From the NCBI GenBank assembly GCA_043228905.1, contig JBHGNT010000020.1:1054001-1118000 (forward strand): 64,000 nt of DNA, in the 5' to 3' direction. Position 1 is the first letter of the stretch, and every line of letters starts with the position of its first letter. Made by a program: the position numbers and the translations under genes. The stretch comes from Azolla caroliniana (lineage: Eukaryota > Plantae > Polypodiophyta). Shown here one piece after another: positions 1 through 12,400 of this stretch. A model generated the notes under the pieces. The model did no database searches and was not told the origin of the DNA. It was given only the letters and a program-made list of their open reading frames with translations.

Positions 1-535
1 TTTCTAGTAATGTATTATCTTCTTTGGTTTTCATAAAGTGATTGCTGCTCTTGTAGTGTTAATTGTATCCAGTAATGTATATATCCATTTTGGTGTTTGT
101 TAAGTGTTTGATGCTCTTATAGTGTTAAATGTTTCTAGTAATGTAATATCCTCTTTGGTTTTCATAAAGTGTTTGGTGCTCTTATAGTGTTAATTGTTTC
201 TAGTAATGTATTATCATCTTTGGTTTACATAAAGTGTTTGGTGCTCTTGTAGTGTTAACTGTTTCTAGTAAGGTATATATCCTCTTTGGTGTTCGTTAAG
301 TGTTTGGTGCTCTTATAGTGGTAAATGTTTCTAATCCTCTTTGGTTTTCATAAAGTGTTTGGTGCTCTTATAGTGTTAACAGTTTCTAGTACAATATATA
401 TCCTCTTTGATTTTCATAAAGTATTTGATGCTCTTAAAGTACTAACTGTTTCTAGTAATGTATATATCCTCGTTGGTTTTCATAAAGTGTTTGGTGCTCT
501 TATAATGTTAATTGTTTCTAGTCATGTATCTCTCC
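1..535. repeat. Tandem repeat, ~65-bp unit, ~8 diverged copies (runs off window start)
   Basis: The motif TTTCTAGTAATGTA...TCATAAAGTGTTTGGTGCTCTTATAGTGTTAA recurs near 3, 68, 134, 199, 264, 330, 385, 451 and 517. Confidence 0.9.
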
Positions 536-919
536 TCTTTTGTTCACTATAACAACTATTATGCAAAGTTGCAACGGTGGTCCTCCCACATATATGCTTT
601 AGTAAAAGATGCACCCACGGCCAGAATCTATGTTGAGGCCATTATAGCAATCAAGTTCACTATGACTCAAAAAAAGCACAAGGTTAAGGGAAGTAAATTG
701 TCTACAAGGTCCCTCAAGAGGTACATGATGTCATAAACATGTTTGGATTGTAATGGACTCCACATTCATCTTCTCATAAAACATCAAATTCATACTTAGA
801 GAGAGTCTAACAAAAACAATGTCAGACATATCAATTCGACACATAATAAGTATAAAAAATATATATCATTTCGATATGACAATAACAAGTACAAACCATG
901 ACCCATAAAATCTTTAGCA

Positions 920-1990
920 CTAGTATTTTCTGGTACTTGTAATGCATTGAGAACTGATCATCTCATTCATTGGTTTTACACCCTTCTGCATACTACTGAG
1001 TGGCACTTCATCATCGGAGGCCCATAGGACAACATCGGATGGTTCCCCTCCTCGGACTAGTGGCACCCCCCTTGAGTTTCCTACTTCATTGTTTACACCA
1101 ACATGAGATGCGGTTGATAGCAATATCTTCATGTACCTCCTGGGTGCCGCTGGATTCCTCGTCCTACATTTGGTGTGGATCCACTTCATGGGTGGTAGTG
1201 GTGATTTTCTGATACTCATCCTCGCTGACGTTGTACACATCTTTCTTAGTACCCATGTACTCATGGGTGGTAGTTGTGTTTTTCACACTCATCCGGGTGT
1301 TTTTCACACACTCATCCGGATGGTGTCATCCATATCTTTCTTAGTACCAATGTGTGCCTCTTCATGGGTGGTAGTGTTGTTTTTTGTAGATTCCTCCAAA
1401 GTAGTGTTATCCACATCTTTCTTAGTGCACATGTGCTCCTCTTCGTGGCTGGTAGTTGTCTTTTTTGCAAACTCATCCTGGATGGTGTTGTCCATTCTTT
1501 CTTAGTACCCATGTGCTCCTCGTGGACAATGCTAGAAACCTCATTCTTTGTATAGCTGTTCTCCTTTTCTAAATTGAATGTGATGTTTTCTTCACAATCC
1601 TCATGTGTGGTTGTCGTGTTGTTAGAGTCATCTTTTGTACAAGGCATAGTCACAATCTCGGAATCTTCATCTCTGCTCCATATAGTGCCTCAATCATCTT
1701 CATGTATTTGTTCATCTCCTAGTTCTTGTCTAACTAAATTTGAATGCACCCAACAATACCAGTGTCAATACTAATCTCAATTAACATACAAGATAAAGGC
1801 TCACACTCCGGCCTATTGTTACATCGGTGTGATCCTCTACTTCTGTAGACAGCTCTTTGCATGTGGTTGTGTTTGTCATGCCCTCCTCACCCTGATTGTC
1901 TATGGCATCCAACTCCTCAATAGTGCAAGGGATGGTGCTAGTCTCATGTTGGTGCTCTTCATCATTCCAAATTCCTTCTTCAATATTTGT
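920..1990 (-). pseudogene. Degenerate coding-like region with internal TTTHEE-type peptide repeats; product unknown
   Basis: Broken minus-strand ORFs (920-1264, 1304-1495, 1312-1653) contain repeated TTTHEE/MGTKK peptides. The sequence continues on the far side of element A (18571 onward). No recognisable domain. Confidence 0.3.
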
Positions 1991-1997
1991 ATATGAC

Positions 1998-2435
1998 TAT
2001 TGTCCGCCGAAATAGTAACCGACGGACAAAAGCATAGGAATAGGAAATAATATAGGAGCATAACGCATGTAACGGTTCACACAGGAAGCGTGAACGGCTA
2101 AATAGACCCTACGTATATAAAGGGCAGAAAAACCTCTGATAGGGGTGCGTGTAATTTTGGGAATGTAAAGAAACGCCTCATAATAGAATTCTATCTTCTC
2201 TGATTTCCTGTGTATAGCTACGGCTAATTCACTGTGTGTCTTGAATACCTAAGCGTTTAAGTACGTAAGTGTAACCCTTGATAGGGATTTGGTTGTAGCC
2301 GTCTCCCTTATGAGCTGACAAGGTACAAGGATTCTTCCCCTACGTATTACGCTTAAACACCTGTTCGTTGTTCCACACCCACTTTGAGGTCTAGGTCGAA
2401 GGACTGACCGCGGACCGTGTTCCTAATCGGCAACA
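1998..2435 (+). repeat. 5' LTR of element A
   Basis: Direct repeat of 18126-18565; ends in CAACA and is followed by a PBS-like sequence. Confidence 0.95.
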
Positions 2436-2723
2436 CTTTTGGCACGCTTGGTGATCTGTGTTTTCTCACAGACTAGCAACAACGAATGGATGTTTAGCCG
2501 CAGACACCCCAGAGAACCAACATGACAAGACCGGCCAATAACAAGGTCCGTCACACGCTAGGCAGAAGAACGCGCACGGCAAAAACCGAGCTTCAGCGAC
2601 CTCAGTACTACCTGTCGTGAGTACAAAGGTGATTCTTCGCTCCCCAAATACCTCGACAAGACGTAGGGACTACGCTCACCACAGCCACCCGGCGGCCCTT
2701 CCCGACCCGCTGTAGCCCCCACC

Positions 2724-5700
2724 ATGGCCTTTGCCTACCCCCGCTTTAACGAAGAAATTGACGCCGCAACGCATATTCGCATGTTCCTGAATGTCTGGAA
2801 TGCGAACCATATGGCACAGAGCCTTTCGGAAGCGGTAGCACACCAGTCGAAAATGACGGAGTTTAGGTTAACATTAGATGGACGAGCCGCGTTTTGGCAT
2901 TCACAAATGGATTTACCAACAATAGCAACCTTCGATCAACTACAGTCCGCGTTCTTGCGATTCTTCCATCGGAGGGTTCCACAACGCAAAATCCTCGGAC
3001 AATTTTATATGATTAAGCAACTGCCGACAGAGACGATAGCGGACTTCAGCTTACGCTTCCAAAATTTACGGCGGAAACTGGAACAGAGCCCCGCAGAAGA
3101 CAAGGCTCGGGAAACATTTATGGCAGCTTTACGCCGGCCCATCCGGGCAACGCTCAACAACAATAGCGTGAAAGGGGAAATGGCGGATATGGTAATTGAA
3201 TGAGCGTTACAACTCGAGTTGGATGACGAGGAGGAAAGGTTTTCTATGTCATCCTTACGACAAGCGTTACCTCAGGATGAGGAACGCCAGTTTTGTCAAG
3301 CAATCCAGTGCACGATTTTCTTGAACTCGGGGCATTCCGTAGTGGACTGCAATATGCGAATCCATTGCCCAATCTGCCACTCCAAGGTTCACACAATCGA
3401 CCAATGCGAGTACAATATGTTAAACAGAGCCACTCCCGCAGTCCGCAGCATGGACACACAGCGTCAACCACACCGGGCTGAACAAAGGAGGCAAGAAGAC
3501 CGACCCCGGTATAAGGATCGCAACCCACGGGAGGACTGGTACAACTGGAATCGCCGAAATCACAACGATTCCGAGGAGGACGACCCAGAGGACGAGGATT
3601 ATCGTGGACATCCAAGTTACGCCAAAGGGGGTCGGCGCTACGAGAATCAACGACCGACAAACAAACGGGGCGACTTCAATGGCTATCGTGGTAAGCCATG
3701 GCAATATTGGGATCACCGGCGTTACGACGAAAGCTCAGGGGATGAGTGGCACCAGGAACAATGACGGGACCAACAGCAGCCACCACATACTTTCCGACAA
3801 ACAAGGCCGGACCGCGAGGAGCAAGTAGCACCAAGGGAGCGGCACACACCACCAGGAGCCGAGAAGGGTGAATCAAGCATCCATTATTTTATTTGTCAGC
3901 AACCTGGACATTATGCCACTCAATGCCCAGCACGCAAGGGAAAGGGGCCCGCTGTCAATACGATTACAGTGGAGGTGCAACAAGTCACGACACGCTAGCA
4001 AACAAAAACGGCGGATTGGGCTACGCAAGACGAGGTACGCCGACAAGCCCATGCGTGGGTGGAAAAAGCAAACGCGACAAATACGGAACGTATGCGGCAG
4101 GAGTCCGCAAACACAATGGAGCGAGCAGAGGATGAAAGATCGGTCCCAGACCCCATTTGGCAGGCGTTAGCGAGCTATGAGATAACGTTAACTATGGAGA
4201 AACTGCTGCAGCTAGTCCCACGCTTCCGCCAGACCATGGAAGAACGGGTGACAGGCATACCCGGGGTGAGTATCGCTACAAACCTTACAGACGTCAGCAG
4301 TGGACCGCCAATAGTGGATCAACACAACCCGGCTATTACATTAATATTACACGGACAGGAAATTCCTGGATGTGTAATCGACGACAGCTTAGGCGTCAAT
4401 GTCATTAGCGCGAAAACTTGCGAGCAGTTAAGCATTTCAGAATGGGAGGCTTGCCCATTCTGGCTCCGAATGGCGGATACCCGCTCAATACGACCATTAG
4501 GATTAATTCGCAAAATTGTCATTATCGTGGGCGGACACCGATTCGACATCTCGGCGGTCGTCCTCGCCTTGGACGCCCCAGGGGCGTACCCAATGCTTTT
4601 GGGCAGACCATGGCTTCGGGCAGCAAATATCAAGCAGAGCTGGCAACACAAGTGTATTAGTTTCTCACACGGACGTACCAAGGTTCGCGTACCTACGGAA
4701 GGAAGCACACCACAACCGAAGGGTATAACAACATTATACGCAGAAGATATAAACATGTTGGCCAGGGTGGACGATGCAGAATTGGAGGCATACCTCGACG
4801 AGCACCCTCGGATTATTCCGCTGTTTGAAATAGACGTCATCGCAACCGTGGCAAAATATGCCACGACTATTGTTCTCCACGACGAGCCTTACGAACCAAA
4901 CCTAGAGTCCATATTGGAACTCAGCAGAGCACGAGCGGCATTCGAAAGGGAAATGGAGATTTCTCGACGAGTCACCACTTCCGCCCTCGAAGAAGTAAAT
5001 ATGGGTACGGAATCAGCGCCTCGTTTCCTCTCCATTGCAAAGGAATTACGGCCGAACCAGCAAAAAACGATGATCGCACTACTCACGGAATATAAGGATG
5101 TGTTTGCTTGGGCTCACGAGGACTTGAAGGGGTTAGACCCCAAGTTCTATCAACATAAGATCAATTTAGCAACCGACGCAAAACCCGTCAAGCAGCGCCG
5201 CTACCGCATGAACCCGAACTACGCGACCCGCGTGAAAGAAGAAATTGACAAGCTCCTGAAGACGGGGTTCATACGACCAATTAAACAAGCGACATGGTTA
5301 AGCCTGATAGTGGTCATTCCAAAGAAAAATGGCAAAATACGGGTATGCGTAGATTACCGAAAATTAAACGCCGTCACCATTACGAACGCATTTCCCTTAC
5401 CCTTCACCAATAGCGTACTGGACACCGTCGCAGGCCATGAGATGTACAGTTTTTTAGATGGCTTTAGTGGTTATAACCAGGTACGCATGCATCCCGAGGA
5501 CCAAGAGAAGACGACATTTGTCACGGACTGGGGAGTATATGTGGCAGTCGTCATGATGTTCGGGCTAAAGACAGCTCCGGCAACATTTCAACTGACAATT
5601 ACGGAGATATTTGGGGAATACATTCCGGCGTTTATGCAAGTTTTTTTAGAAGACTTTGCAGTATATGGGAAAACAATAGACCATTTTTCGCATTTACAAC

Positions 5701-6670
5701 TGTGCCTGGAACGTTGCCGCACCGCACGCTTAAGCCTGAATCCCGCAAAATGTGATTTTGGCGTGACCAGCGGGACTCTCTTGGGCCATATAGTCAGCGA
5801 GGAAATAGCGGTTGACCCGAACAAAATCTCCGCGATTACGCATGCCAACACTCCGAAAAACGCCAAATCACTCAGCCAGTTTTTGGAGCAAATACGGTGG
5901 CATAGTCGGATGATACGGTATTTGGCGGACTTCGCCACGCCGTTACACGCTGCCGTACATCGGACTCCTTTCCAATGGATTGCAACGGAGGATAAGGCCT
6001 ACGAGGCACTTAAGATAATGCTCACACAGGCTCCCGTCGTACAACCACCAATTTGGGCGAAGCCATTCCACGTGTTCGTCGACGCCTCGGACATAGTAAT
6101 AGGAAGTGCGCTAATGCAGCTCACCGAACAAAGTTGGTACCGGCCAATATACTACCCCAGGTGCAAATTATCAACAACAGAGCGTAACTACTCCACAACA
6201 GAGCAGGAGGCGCTAGGGATGATCTATAGCATTAATAAATTCCGGCACTATTTATTAGGAAGGAAATTCACGTTCCACGTGGATCATTCGACACTTCTGT
6301 ATTTGGTGGAGGAACAAGCCCTGAAGGGAAATTAGCGCGGTGGATGTTGCTCCTCCAGGAATTCGATTTCGTAATCCAGCACCGACTAGGCACGCAACAC
6401 GCAGTAGCGGATTTTTTGAGTAAACTCGAGAATGGAGAAACAGTACAGAAAGATGACGACGATTTTCCGGACGCCGACATCCTGTGGGTAGCGACCTTTC
6501 CAGACCGATGGCTTATGGAAATCACGTACTTTTTAACTATAGGACTACCTCCACCACAATTACGCACGGACGAGAAGAAACGACTAGCCGTCCGAAGCCT
6601 TCACTTCTGCCTCGTCGAATGCGTTTTATATAACAAAGGAAGTGACGGCATTTGGCGACGTGGGGTACGT
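2724..6670 (+). pseudogene. gag-pol: gag-pol of element A (gag, CCHC knuckles, protease, RT, RNase H, start of integrase); stops and frameshifts
   Basis: Retrotransposon gag-like ORF 2724-3203; zinc knuckle CPICHSKVHTIDQC; protease-like VIDD(G)S; RT motifs RVCVDYRKLN and YSFLDGFSGYNQ with a degenerate active site (FLEDF); RNase H motifs VDASD and ERNYSTTEQE. Confidence 0.92.
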
Positions 6671-7373
6671 TGTCGTAGTGTATTATTCCGCACACTACGT
6701 GAAAACCATAAAATAATATATCCGATTTTAGATACATATAAATAAATAAATAATATATCAAAAGAATTTATCACGTGCATAGGGCAGGATTCAAACCATG
6801 CACCTCCACGTAAATAAACCCCAACTTTACCATTGTAATAACTTATCTTTAGTGTTATAAATATAGATTTAATACGCATAAGACCTTACACATACCTTTA
6901 TTAAAAGGTAAAAATCATGTATTCTTTAGAGTGTAAATAGTTTATTTACACGTGCCATTAAAAGTGACTCATGCACATCTAGCGTGCATGAGCCCTATAT
7001 TTAGGAGATGACAAAGCATCACATGCACATTTAGTGTGCATGGACACTTTAGGTGAAAAAGCATGAAGCCATGCTTAGCCTCTTCCATCTTTATATAAGG
7101 AGGAGAGAAATATGTATATGGTTGTTGATTAATATACAAGTTTTGATCAATCTAATATATTCGTGGGATTCACGAATTTTGCCATTTAATTGCTCTTATA
7201 ATCTAAATATTGTTTTAAAATACACTAACCTCGTGGGATTCACGAGATTACTATCTTACTTCTCTTCCTATTAGTCATAACTAGCCTTAAGTTGTATTCC
7301 TCTTCCTCCTAGTCCAAAACCTCGGCGGTTCCCACCCGACTCACGCAACGATCCGGAGCCGAAGGGCACGACA
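6671..7373 (+). repeat. 5' LTR of element B
   Basis: Direct repeat of 13045-13744 with TG...CA ends. Confidence 0.97.
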
Positions 7374-7377
7374 CAGT

Positions 7378-7394
7378 TGGTGAACCCGACGTGA
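7378..7394 (+). promoter_or_regulatory. Primer-binding site complementary to the 3' end of tRNA-Trp
   Basis: TGGTGAACCCGACGTGA is the reverse complement of ...TCACGTCGGGTTCACCA, the 3' end of plant cytosolic tRNA-Trp. It lies 4 nt downstream of the LTR. Confidence 0.85.
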
Positions 7395-7412
7395 AGACCG
7401 GGTGGCAAGGAG

Positions 7413-9455
7413 ATGGAAAATCAACCGGAGGCTAGCAACATGATGATGATGTTCGAGCGCATGCTACAAGAACAACGCGCGATGTCGGAGATAGCGGCAT
7501 CAGTGGAGCGGCTCGTGCAACGAAACGGGCAATTCAACGGGAAAGACGTGTCGCGGTATCTTCGGGACTACAAGGCGGAGATGCTACGGTGCGGAATATC
7601 AGAAGGACTGCAAGTGACGTCCTTCAACCGGGTGGCGACCGACGGGCTTCAAGCAAGCATCCATGGGCTACGACAGCAAAATCCGACATGGGAGGCGTTT
7701 GAAGTAGAGCTAAAGAGGACGTTCGCCATCGAGGATTCCTCCAAGGCGACGCGAAGGGGATTCGAAGATTGGGTGGAGACGCCGGACAAGGGATTGAAGG
7801 TCGTTGATGTGTTTTCGGCATTCGAAAGCCGGTTCGGGAGGTTGTCCGCGAGAGATCAAGCTATCCTCGTACCGGACAAGGTAATCATGTTCTTGCGAGC
7901 CGTGGACGTCCGGGACCGGAAAGATCTCGGAGTGCTCTTGGAGGACACGACCACGGAGAGCGGCCTCACCGAAACATGGGAAAGCGTGCGGGATATCGTC
8001 GCGCGATACACGAAGAGGGGGCAATGGCTTGCCGACGAGGAAAAGAGAGTTTCGGAACCGATTCCGAAACCGAGAACCGGATTGGAAGACCATCAATCGA
8101 GGGCTCGAGAGACTACAACCGAGAAGGGGATTGATGCATCTACAGTGGAGCAACTATTGAAGGAGATGGAGAATCTGAAGATCGCGATGGTGAAGAAGTC
8201 GGATGATCTCCCCACAAGCTCCAAGTATACGGACCGACGGTGCATATGGTGCGATAGCGCCGAACACAATCGGAGGGATTGCGACGAGCATAAGGAGGCG
8301 CTACGGCGGGATCTCATCTACTACGAGGGAAACCGGATTCATTCGATGGACTCTCGGAAGCCACTCCGACCGAACTTCCGGAAAGGCGGCATGAAGAAGG
8401 TGCTCGAGGAGGAATTGGCGGCAAGAAGCAACTATGTGACAACCGCGGGAATATGTGTCGGGGAGTCATCGAGAGCAAAGACGTCTTTTTGGCCGGAAGT
8501 TCTAGAAAACACCGAGAAAACCGACTCCAACGAGATCCGAAGCACCGTGGAAGGCGTCCGGGAAGCTACGGGATGGGAGTGCCCTGTCGACAAGAATAAC
8601 ATATACGCCCTGTGTCAATTGCATAAGGTGTATGTGGACGAGAAACGACGACGCACGGAGGATGCGTCCGGGCCATCGAAGATACCGGAAAGCTGGAACT
8701 CCGGAGGTAAGGGAAAAGAAAAGGCGACTCCGGCATTCAAGCTCGCCTCGGACATAGAACAACAAACCGACTTGAAAAGAGTGTTCGAGGAAAGAATCTT
8801 GGATAGCCGGGTAGATTTCTCGCTTCGGGAGCTACTCGGAATAGCAAAGAAGGAGTTCCACGATCTTCTCGTGGATCTCGTGAAGCGAAAAAGACAAAGT
8901 ACGGAGGAAAATGCTCCAAGGGTGAATGCGAACACCGTTTTAATGAACGACACCGAAGTGGAGGACGAAATTCCGAACTCCCACTATACAAGGCCACATT
9001 GGGCACGCGCGACTACGGAGACTCCGGTCCGAATCGGCAACATCAAAGAACCCGTGCTAGCATTGATTGATCACAGATCGGAGATCAACTTGATGTCCAA
9101 GGAGTTCTACCGGAAGGGAAAGTGGCCTATTAACACCAACCATGGATGGAAGATTCGGGCGGCCACCAAAGCAATGGAAGATCTATTTGCGGCTTGTCCG
9201 GATGTGACGGTGAAGATCGGGGATGTCGAGATCGACCAAAATTTCTTCGTGCAAGATGAGGTTTCACATTCCGTCATCCTCGGCCAACCCTTTATCACGG
9301 CATCACGGATGGAGACGAAGGTGCTCGATAGCGGTGCGGCTTTTGTACGAATTCGGAGCCAAAACGGTGGGAAATCCGTCCAATTCCTAACGGTGCCGGC
9401 AAATCACGAAAGGAACAAGAGGGAACTCTTGTCCCAAGTGAGAATGGATTTTTAA
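7413..9455 (+). CDS. gag: Gag-protease polyprotein of element B (680 aa)
   Basis: Uninterrupted ORF just after the PBS; zinc knuckle CIWCDSAEHNRRDC; aspartic-protease-like ALIDHRSEINLM...VILGQPF, with the usual active-site Gly replaced by Arg. Confidence 0.88.
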   Translation: MENQPEASNMMMMFERMLQEQRAMSEIAASVERLVQRNGQFNGKDVSRYLRDYKAEMLRCGISEGLQVTSFNRVATDGLQASIHGLRQQNPTWEAFEVELKRTFAIEDSSKATRRGFEDWVETPDKGLKVVDVFSAFESRFGRLSARDQAILVPDKVIMFLRAVDVRDRKDLGVLLEDTTTESGLTETWESVRDIVARYTKRGQWLADEEKRVSEPIPKPRTGLEDHQSRARETTTEKGIDASTVEQLLKEMENLKIAMVKKSDDLPTSSKYTDRRCIWCDSAEHNRRDCDEHKEALRRDLIYYEGNRIHSMDSRKPLRPNFRKGGMKKVLEEELAARSNYVTTAGICVGESSRAKTSFWPEVLENTEKTDSNEIRSTVEGVREATGWECPVDKNNIYALCQLHKVYVDEKRRRTEDASGPSKIPESWNSGGKGKEKATPAFKLASDIEQQTDLKRVFEERILDSRVDFSLRELLGIAKKEFHDLLVDLVKRKRQSTEENAPRVNANTVLMNDTEVEDEIPNSHYTRPHWARATTETPVRIGNIKEPVLALIDHRSEINLMSKEFYRKGKWPINTNHGWKIRAATKAMEDLFAACPDVTVKIGDVEIDQNFFVQDEVSHSVILGQPFITASRMETKVLDSGAAFVRIRSQNGGKSVQFLTVPANHERNKRELLSQVRMDF

Positions 9456-12400
9456 AGCGGACTGTTGCGGAGTGGGGAAGTGATAGTCCGAGAAGCCCTG
9501 ATACCCCACACAGGAAGAAAACTCTCGGAGCAAAACATGTACGAATTGGTCCGGATGGGGCATCTACGTACACGACCGTAACTGGAGGATTGAAGAAAGG
9601 ATACCGACAAGTGGAGGATAAGTTGCGGTCGGCATCAATAATAAAAGAAGATGAAGAAATCGTGGGGATAGTCGAAGAAGTGTTCTATGGGAGCACGCTA
9701 CAACGACTTGAAGAACTTGCGGAAGATGAAAGCCAAGGGAACCGGGTAGTCCCGGTGGAATCGGTCGAGATGTACGAGATCATTACGAAAATGGAGCCGG
9801 ATACGCTCCGCAAAGAAGAAGCAATGGTAAGTACGAAATACAAGACCGTGGAGAAGAAGGTAAAACCGGCCGCGGGACCACTACCCGCCGATAGCGAACA
9901 AAAGAGGAAAGAAGTCTCGGGAGATCCGACACTTCGGAAGACCGTGGATATCGGACATGCCTTCATGGATGAGACCCAGAAGAAACTTCGGATCGGTGGA
10001 GGTGGGTTCCTATTACAAAAAGAAGAAGAACGGTTTCGCGAGATGTTGGAGCAACACGGCAAAGCGTTTGCATTTACATCAAGGGAGATAGGGTGCGTCG
10101 ATCCGAGAACAGTGGAGCCGATGGTGATCTTCACGATTGACCATGTACCGTGGAACCTAAAGCTGATTCCGGTGCCACGAGCGCATATTCCGAAAGTCAT
10201 TGACTTGCTCAAGGAGAAGGTGGCGATGGGGATTCTAGAGCCATCAACTGCTCCGTACTCAAATCGATGGTTTACGGTTCCGAAGAAGCATGGGTCACTC
10301 CGATTTATCCAAGACTTGCAACCGGTGAATAAGGTCACGATCCGAAACTCGGGAGTCGGTCCGATAGTGGACGAATTTGCGGAAGCTTTTGCCGGTCGTG
10401 CGATATACTCCATCGGAGACCTATACTCGGGGTATGACCAATTCCAACTAGCCGTGGAAAGCCGAGACATCACGACCATGCGAACACCGATAGGATTAGT
10501 CCGAATGTGCACACTACCACAAGGAGCGACAAACTCGGTTGCTCATATGATGAACGCGATGAACAAGGTGCTTCGAGACTGCATTCCGGAGATAACGATG
10601 CCGTTCCTCGATGACATTCCGATGAAAGGATGCGCGATAGAAGAAAAAGATGAGACTATGGATGATCGGGGATGCCGAAAGTTCGTGGTCGACCATATTC
10701 ATGATTGTGAGAAAGTGTTGCGAAAGCTAGAAGATGTGCACCTAACACTTTCCGGGGAGAAATCGGCATTCGGGCAAGAAGAAATATTAGTGGTCGGACA
10801 TCTATGTGGGCCCTACGGCCGAAGACCGTCACCAACAAAGATCGATGCGATTCAAGCTATGGAGGAAGTATGCGAGTCAACATCCGAAGTCCGAAGGTTT
10901 CTCGGTGCATGTGCATTCTATCACATATGGATTCCGCACTATGCACATATAGCGGATCCGCTCTACCACTTGTTGCGGAAAGGTAAGAAATTCGAATGGA
11001 AACCGGAACACACCAAAGCCATGAAGAAATTGAAGAAGACACTTCGGAGGGCGGAAGCACTTAAGAAGCCGAGCTATGACCGACCGATCATAGTAACGGT
11101 TGATACAAGTCCAACCGGTATCGGGTGGGTCATCAATCAAGCCGACTCGGATGGTTCGCGGTATCCGATCCAATTCGGAGCAAAGGTTCTCAACGAAAGG
11201 CAACGTGGATATGTGCAAGTCAAAAGAGAACTGTGGGGAGTCGTGTCGGCGATAAAATCGGATCGGGATTATTTGATCGGAGCCGAAGTGGTGATCGAGA
11301 CGGATTGTCTTCCGATACTCGGGATGATGCGGTGTTGTACGATACCGGATGTAGCTATGCTAAGGTGGGTTGCATATGTCAAGTCGCTTAATCCGGAGGT
11401 TCGACACATCTCGGGGAAGGACAACGCGGTAGCGGATATTGTATCAAGGGCTCGGTTCGGAGACGACATAACCGAATCGGATAATGAAGAAGTTTCCGAA
11501 GACTACTTCGCGTCGGAGCACATATGCCGAGTTAACGTAATCCGAGAATTCCGGGAAGCAGAATACGAGGGAGAAAGCTTGATGATCGGAAAGATGTTAC
11601 AAGAGGCCGAGGATTCAGCAAACGATAAAGGAAGAAGAGCCGAGATCCGAAGGAAGAAGAGGCAAGTCCAAAAGTTCTTCTTGGAAAACGGATTAATATG
11701 GAGGGCACCGAAAAGACCGGATGGTATACCACTTCGAGTAGTCGGGACAAAAGAGCAACAAGACCGGATAATGTCCGAGTTTCACGAATCCGATTGGGCT
11801 GGACACCGAGGAACATGGGCAACGTTTGTGAAGATCAAGCAAAAATATTGGTGGAAGAAAATGTACAAAGATGTCGTGGAGTTCACGGAGAGCTGCGAGA
11901 AATGTCAAGTCTACTCCGGGGTTCGACATCGAGATGAGTTACATCCGACATTCTCACCGACAATCAACTTCAAGTGGATGGTTGACATAGTGGTCATGCC
12001 GACCGGGATCGGACAAAAGAAATACTTGGTATTAGCTCGGGAAGATCTCACGAATCAAGTAGAAGGTCGAGCACTTCAGAGGAAAACGTGTTCCGCAGTA
12101 TGCCAATTTCTTTTGGAGGAAGTATTTTGCAGGTACGGGTGCGTAGGACAAGTGATTGCGGACCGGGGAGAACTCGACTCGGACAAAGCTAGGGGATTCT
12201 TCGCCAAACACGGAGTTCGGTTATCGCTGATAACGGCATACAATCCGGAGGCCAGCGGAAAAATCGAACGAGGACATAGTCCGATCGTGAAAGCACTTGC
12301 GAAGGCATGCGATGGAAAGGTGAAGGGCTGGCCGCAGATGCTTCCGTATGCACTATGGGCGGATCGGACGACACATAGCTCCATAACCGGTTACATGCCG

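Noticed and set aside
7053-7274. Near-identical small ORFs at 7053/13424, 56622/63153 and 37827/53474
   Set aside because: They lie within LTRs or duplicated LTR parts; their recurrence is explained by the repeats.
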